From: an uncultured virus (IMG/VR IMGVR_UViG_3300020430_001078)
Lineage: Duplodnaviria > Heunggongvirae > Uroviricota > Caudoviricetes
Virus record (IMG/VR): IMGVR_UViG_3300020430_001078
Length of the DNA: 20,000 bases
Direction: 5' to 3' (one strand)
The position numbers and the translations under genes are program-made. The stretch's first letter is position 1. Each line of letters opens with the position of its first letter. The notes below the pieces were generated by a model, which saw nothing but the letters and a program-made list of their open reading frames with translations, did no database searches and had not been told where the DNA came from. This document shows, piece by piece, positions 15,344 to 20,000 of the stretch.

Positions 15344-16037
15344 TTAAGTAACTTTCTAAATCTTCTGGAGTGCCAATACCTTGCATAGATACAACGTCAA
15401 ATGCACACACATTGGCTCCTTCTTTTATTGTGTAGTTGTAAACAGGACAAGTATAGAACTCTCCGTTTACTCTATCATCAGCTTCAATCATTTGATCAAT
15501 GTTTCTAAACATTTGATTTGCATCACGCCAATAATAATATCCAACTGTTGCTCTGTCTGATATTGCTTTCTTTTCTGCAACCTCAACTACTTTGTCTGCT
15601 TCAGTTTTTGCAAAACTCCATTTAGGATTTCTTTCAGCATCTATAAAGGTTGCAATTAATCCATCAACGCCATCTTGAATAATACTGTTTACTTTGTTGC
15701 TATCCCATTGTACACTTTGATCACAGTTTGCAACAAACACACCATCACCTTCTTCAAATAAATGTTTTGCTTTATACAAGGTACAAGCAGTTCCTTCAGT
15801 TGGTTCATCTAGCTCTATGATAGTCGCACCTTTTATAAATTGTCTTATTGTACTTGCAATATTATGATCCTTGCGTACTATAAAAATTCTTTCATCAAAA
15901 TCAATACCTATTTGTTGTTCTGTGTATTGAAACATAGGTATTCCTTTTACAGGAACCAAAGGCTTAGGTAAATCATATCCTTTTTCTTTAAATCTATTTC
16001 CTTCGCCAGCCATAGGCATTATCAACTTAATACTCAT
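15333..16037 (-). CDS. Nucleotidyltransferase / GT-A sugar-nucleotide enzyme (BcbE-like capsule-biosynthesis type)
   Basis: IMPMAGEGNRFKEKGY.LPKPL, GTACT, ANCDQ, PKWSFA, AEKKAISD.ATVGYYYW, RVNGEFY.CPVYN, GTPEDL. Confidence 0.88.
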   Translation of the reverse strand: MSIKLIMPMAGEGNRFKEKGYDLPKPLVPVKGIPMFQYTEQQIGIDFDERIFIVRKDHNIASTIRQFIKGATIIELDEPTEGTACTLYKAKHLFEEGDGVFVANCDQSVQWDSNKVNSIIQDGVDGLIATFIDAERNPKWSFAKTEADKVVEVAEKKAISDRATVGYYYWRDANQMFRNIDQMIEADDRVNGEFYTCPVYNYTIKEGANVCAFDVVSMQGIGTPEDLESYLNEN

Positions 16038-16611
16038 TTAACAATCCTTTAAGGTGTTCTACATTACTTACTTGTTTTACATTGGCAGTTGTAGCCGTTG
16101 CGGCTTGTATTCCTAACGGACTGTCTTCAAATATAACTGTCTGCATAGGTGATACTCCATAATGATACATGGCATAATAATACATATCAACTTCTGGTTT
16201 AGGTTTGTGTTCTGTTGCAGTACACACAGGTTCAAACATATCTAACTTTTGTATTGCTAAACTTTTATCTACAAATTTACGAGTAGCATTTGAACAAACT
16301 GCAAGTTTGTATTTTTCTTTTAATCTAACAAATATATCTTTTAGTTCTTGATCAAACATAACATACTTGCTTAGATCATTCATTGTATATTCTTGTTTAA
16401 GATCCATTAATAGTGTTTCGTCAAACTGATAACCTTTTGCCTTTAAATAATCTATCTTTACAAGTGTAGGCAATCCTTCTACTTCTTCATCAGTATATCT
16501 AATTGCATTGTTAACTTTCATACAGGCTTTTCTAAAAGACTGTTGATGTAATGGCTTGCAATCTGCAAGTGTACCATCGTAATCTAGTATTAATAATTTA
16601 ATAGTTTCCAT
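16027..16611 (-). CDS. HAD-superfamily phosphatase (beta-PGM-like, subfamily IA)
   Basis: Motif I DYDGTL.D, motif II CSN, motif III KPKPE, motif IV FEDS..GI.AA. Confidence 0.9.
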   Translation of the reverse strand: METIKLLILDYDGTLADCKPLHQQSFRKACMKVNNAIRYTDEEVEGLPTLVKIDYLKAKGYQFDETLLMDLKQEYTMNDLSKYVMFDQELKDIFVRLKEKYKLAVCSNATRKFVDKSLAIQKLDMFEPVCTATEHKPKPEVDMYYYAMYHYGVSPMQTVIFEDSPLGIQAATATTANVKQVSNVEHLKGLLNEY

Positions 16612-17297
16612 TTTATTTCATCGCCCAAGAAGATACCGTTACCATGGTCGCCTGTAAGTATGGCTTGCCATATATGGGTATTTCTAATTTTGTCGTCACC
16701 TAATTCTTGTATCCACGGATTTGTATACAAAGATTTAATAGATGCAACAGGATCATCCGCCCATGGAATTAACCCTTTAAACATTTCATAAGGACCTGCA
16801 TAATACCAATCTTCTGCTCTATAACTGTTTGTGCTTTCTTCAAAGGTTACATTAGGACAATGTATCTTGCCTTGTTCTAATATTGGCAATGGTCCTTGTC
16901 CTACTAGATCTGATCTGCCTAACCAAACATAATCACTTTGAGGTATGCTTTTATATGCTCTTGCTCTGCTTATGTATTGACCAAAAGGAAAATCATCATC
17001 GTTGTAGTCTGTGTCGTATTCGTCTACTGTTACTTGTTCAGGATTGTAAATGCTATATTCAGATACAATATCATCTATTGTAACTTTACTGTTTTTGCTA
17101 CCCGGAGGATAGTAACCCTTTGTCCTTGCCCATCTATAATCTTGATTTTCATCATTCCATTTGAAAAGTTGTGTCCAACTGTGTATGTAAACACTTACAT
17201 CATATTCTTTACAAAGTTGTTTATAGATATCGTTTTGTTTAAATGACTCTAATACAAGCCTAGGCTCGCCACCTATTACGTATGCTAATGTTTTCAT
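16590..17297 (-). CDS. Hypothetical protein, glycosyltransferase-like
   Basis: LAYVIGGEPR, VYIHSW, YVWLGRSDL (RxD), EDWYYAG. This motif order recalls uncharacterised GT-like proteins from polysaccharide loci. Confidence 0.5.
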   Translation of the reverse strand: MKTLAYVIGGEPRLVLESFKQNDIYKQLCKEYDVSVYIHSWTQLFKWNDENQDYRWARTKGYYPPGSKNSKVTIDDIVSEYSIYNPEQVTVDEYDTDYNDDDFPFGQYISRARAYKSIPQSDYVWLGRSDLVGQGPLPILEQGKIHCPNVTFEESTNSYRAEDWYYAGPYEMFKGLIPWADDPVASIKSLYTNPWIQELGDDKIRNTHIWQAILTGDHGNGIFLGDEIKWKLLNY

Positions 17298-18754
17298 CTG
17301 TATCTTACGTGACTGTAATCACCCTTTATGCTTTCGTTGAGATCCACGGCAACGTAATCATGTCCGTATACTGTAAGGTCTTTTGGAATAAGTTCTTTAA
17401 ATTTGTAATATTTTATTTGTAATTGTTCTGGTTCTTCGTTCCAATGTAACATTTCACTTGACCAAATGTTTGTAGTCCATAATACTTTATTACCCTTTTG
17501 TGCATTTATAATATGAAATAGTTCATCGCTCTGATTAACAATATCTAATCTGTAATAATTATGTTCCAGTTGTACATACCTATCCCATAGCTCTTTAAAT
17601 GCTTCTGCACCGCCAAAGTCTTGCAATTCTTGTTGCCAATATGACTCGTAATTGCCTCTATATGTTGAACTGAAGTTATACTTTAGGTCGTGTTCAAGTA
17701 ACCATAGGTGTAAATCAACGCCATTCCAAGTTTCTACAAGGTGTCTTTTGTATAATAAACTTGCATCGCACCAATCAAAGTAATGTATTACTGTGTCTTT
17801 GTTGAAACCATTTGCTTTTAAAAGTCCTAAAGATTTAAATCCTGCGGCAACGCAAAACAAATGATCTATGTTGTCTGTGCGTTTGCCTTCTGCTGACAAC
17901 GTTTCTGTGTTAAAAGCATACACACGATCCTTTTCTATTTCTTCTTGATATGCTAATTTGCGTATCCAAGCCTTTTGATTATATTCCAAACCATCTACTA
18001 TTGTTTTGTTATTTTTATGCAACCACACTTTTTCTAAATCTTTGCTTTTGTTGTAAGGATATAAAAATACTTTACATTCTCTCATGTCATTTGTGAGATT
18101 GTCAATCTGAATATTGTTTCTACAAGCTAGATCAATCCAATTTGATCCATCTGAAGTTATTTCCCATTTAAGATTACCTTGACTTGCTCTTACCCAAGCA
18201 GGAGTGTATTCACTGTTAATTGTTTCCTTGCTGAACGTAACATTTCTATAACTTGGCTTTCTATCATGAAATATACCTAGTTCATCAAACTCTGGCTTGC
18301 CTAGTTCTACCCACTTGTCAACATTTACAAAAAGATACTGTCTGTGCAATCCAGGATAGGCACCATGTGTAATGTAATGATGTTGACTCTTTTTATCCAT
18401 GATATGACCTACAACAAAAAAATCTGGTTTCCATTTTGCATACTCTAAACTCTTTGTTATCAAAGTAGGTCCTCTAAACAATAAAAGACCTTGGCAGGCT
18501 ATCATGCAATATTTTTTATTCTTTTGTAATGCGTTTTCTAATAATTGTTTTACACTTTTGTCAAAGCCTACGTATGTTGCAAGTTTCATTTTTAACATTC
18601 TATTGACATAAAAATATGTCATATCAAAAGTTCTTTTTGCAATAAAATTGCTTTCAATGTCACGTGAAATATCTAGTATACCTAAGCCCACTTCGTTGTT
18701 GTTGGACAACTGCTCGTAGTACCTGTCTACGGATAAACTATTCCAGTCTTTCAT
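17294..18754 (-). CDS. Large two-domain hypothetical protein (486 aa; start revised from 18766)
   Basis: TAATG coupling gives the start MKDWNSLS. The N-terminal half has GHI.D...LHRQYLFVN...W..LG.P.F; the C-terminal half has a Rossmann-like CVAAGF...YFD.C..SL pattern. Confidence 0.8.
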   Translation of the reverse strand: MKDWNSLSVDRYYEQLSNNNEVGLGILDISRDIESNFIAKRTFDMTYFYVNRMLKMKLATYVGFDKSVKQLLENALQKNKKYCMIACQGLLLFRGPTLITKSLEYAKWKPDFFVVGHIMDKKSQHHYITHGAYPGLHRQYLFVNVDKWVELGKPEFDELGIFHDRKPSYRNVTFSKETINSEYTPAWVRASQGNLKWEITSDGSNWIDLACRNNIQIDNLTNDMRECKVFLYPYNKSKDLEKVWLHKNNKTIVDGLEYNQKAWIRKLAYQEEIEKDRVYAFNTETLSAEGKRTDNIDHLFCVAAGFKSLGLLKANGFNKDTVIHYFDWCDASLLYKRHLVETWNGVDLHLWLLEHDLKYNFSSTYRGNYESYWQQELQDFGGAEAFKELWDRYVQLEHNYYRLDIVNQSDELFHIINAQKGNKVLWTTNIWSSEMLHWNEEPEQLQIKYYKFKELIPKDLTVYGHDYVAVDLNESIKGDYSHVRYR

Positions 18755-19395
18755 TATGCCCACCAACTTATCTTTTTCTTTAGATCCGGATTCAAACTTC
18801 TAGCAAGTTTCCTTACTCTTTCCATGTGCTTGTTGAATTCTTTTGTTTCCATGCCGGGTAACACAGAATAAAATCTTATGTACTTGGTAACCATACCACC
18901 CAAGTTGAATACTGCCTTTTTGATTCTTCTGTATGGAATGTTATCAAACAAACTAAAGTTAAAGTAAGTTACCATCGGACCACCGTATGTTATAGATATC
19001 AAACCTAGCTTTTTATTCATTGCTCCTGGCACAGGATATCCATAGTTCTTAAAATACTTGTTGCCAGGCACCAATGCTCTGTAACTGAAAAACCATTTAG
19101 GGTGTAGCACCCAGTCTACCCAGTTTTCTAAAATAGCTGGCATTCTTAGATTATGGCATGATCCAATTAGGAACATCACATCACTGTTTTCTAATCTTTT
19201 TCTATAATCCAATACAAGTTTGGGTGGTGGATTAATATTTGCATTATAAAAAGGCAACTGCGTTTTTTCTTCAAATAAATTTATTAGATCTATTTCATGT
19301 CCACATTTTTCTGCTTCTTCTATAAACGTATCTCGTATAGCCGCATTGAAACTATTCTTGGTATTGTGATGTCCGAATATTATACAAATTTTCAT
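18754..19395 (-). CDS. NAD(P)H-dependent flavin/quinone oxidoreductase (Flavodoxin_2; MdaB/KefF-like)
   Basis: IIFGH....SFN.AI...F, IDLINL, PAILENWVDWV, ITYGGP. Confidence 0.85.
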   Translation of the reverse strand: MKICIIFGHHNTKNSFNAAIRDTFIEEAEKCGHEIDLINLFEEKTQLPFYNANINPPPKLVLDYRKRLENSDVMFLIGSCHNLRMPAILENWVDWVLHPKWFFSYRALVPGNKYFKNYGYPVPGAMNKKLGLISITYGGPMVTYFNFSLFDNIPYRRIKKAVFNLGGMVTKYIRFYSVLPGMETKEFNKHMERVRKLARSLNPDLKKKISWWA

Positions 19396-20000
19396 TTAAC
19401 CCCTATTGGTGTAATAACTTTTGCGAAGTACATAGAAAAAATCTCTTGCACGTCTGCCTATTTCAGAATGTATTATCATGTGTATACGTGGCTTGTCACT
19501 TTTGTTCCATACACTATGCACGTTGCTAATGTCCATTAAAAATGCACTACCACTGTCTTTAAAAGGCACAATGCCTTGATCTTTCATAGCAAATACACAA
19601 CCTTCAGGATTGTTTAGACTAATGTTACATACACTCAAACGTTTTTCTTCATCTGGTCTATCCTGATGTGGTAAAATATAACCGCCTGGCTCAAGCAACA
19701 TAAATCTAACTCTGTTCAAATATTCTGCTGGCCATACATCTGTTAAAAACTTTTTTGTTGCAGGACATTCATCTGCTACCCAGGTCCAATCCAATCGTTT
19801 AAGAACTTCATCACGTTCTAAGCCATAACTGTTCAATGATTGTGTATCCTCATCTATTCCGTGTAGTGTAAGACTTTTCCAACCGTGTCCATAATCATCT
19901 CTGTGGGCATGAAATTTATCAATCAGTTTTTCTGCCTCTTTGTGCATTATATCAAAAGGATTACTATCCAAAGCACTAAGATGAAAATAAGGCCATTGCG
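19396..20000 (-). CDS. Aspartyl/asparaginyl beta-hydroxylase-like 2OG-Fe(II) oxygenase, 5'-truncated by the window edge
   Basis: GWKSLTLHG, RVRFMLLEPGGYILPHQD (HxD), NISLNNP, HSVWN.S...RIHMIIH. The frame stays open to the window end (QWPYFHLSALDSN...). Confidence 0.85.
   Translation of the reverse strand, partial: QWPYFHLSALDSNPFDIMHKEAEKLIDKFHAHRDDYGHGWKSLTLHGIDEDTQSLNSYGLERDEVLKRLDWTWVADECPATKKFLTDVWPAEYLNRVRFMLLEPGGYILPHQDRPDEEKRLSVCNISLNNPEGCVFAMKDQGIVPFKDSGSAFLMDISNVHSVWNKSDKPRIHMIIHSEIGRRARDFFYVLRKSYYTNRG

Noticed and set aside
16883..19539. Plus-strand ORFs 16883-17083, 16938-17246 and 19297-19539
   Set aside because: They are antisense to the coupled minus-strand operon and have non-protein-like composition.
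1..20000. CRISPR array, tRNA/rRNA, integrase/transposase, intron/intein, or stop-codon reassignment
   Set aside because: I saw no regularly spaced repeats, cloverleaf or mobile-element genes. Enzymes are full length and uninterrupted, and TAA, TAG and TGA all end genes at expected positions under the standard code.

Overview
This is an AT-rich, gene-dense segment of what looks like a large lytic tailed-phage genome with T4-like transcription signals (sigma70-type early promoters and TATAAATA/ATAAATA late boxes). It shows no host housekeeping context. The plus strand (1-13427) carries folE, a run of small membrane proteins, and a long-chain flavodoxin translationally coupled to a QueE-type radical SAM enzyme (7-deazaguanine/preQ0 pathway). 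These are followed by a 5'-3' exonuclease, several hypothetical genes, a MoxR-like AAA+ ATPase with its DUF2201-like metallopeptidase-VWA partner, and a late-promoter-driven Mtd_N-type tail/fibre protein. The minus strand (13419-20000) is one tightly overlapping 9-gene tailoring operon converging on the fibre gene. It contains three 2OG-Fe(II)/cupin oxygenases (one a TauD with a non-canonical H-x-N site), a GNAT-like protein, a BcbE-like nucleotidyltransferase, a HAD phosphatase, two glycosyltransferase-like unknowns and an NAD(P)H:flavin oxidoreductase. I found three microproteins missing from the ORF track, plus several nucleotide-level regulatory structures. All family assignments come from motif recognition by eye; no database searches were run.
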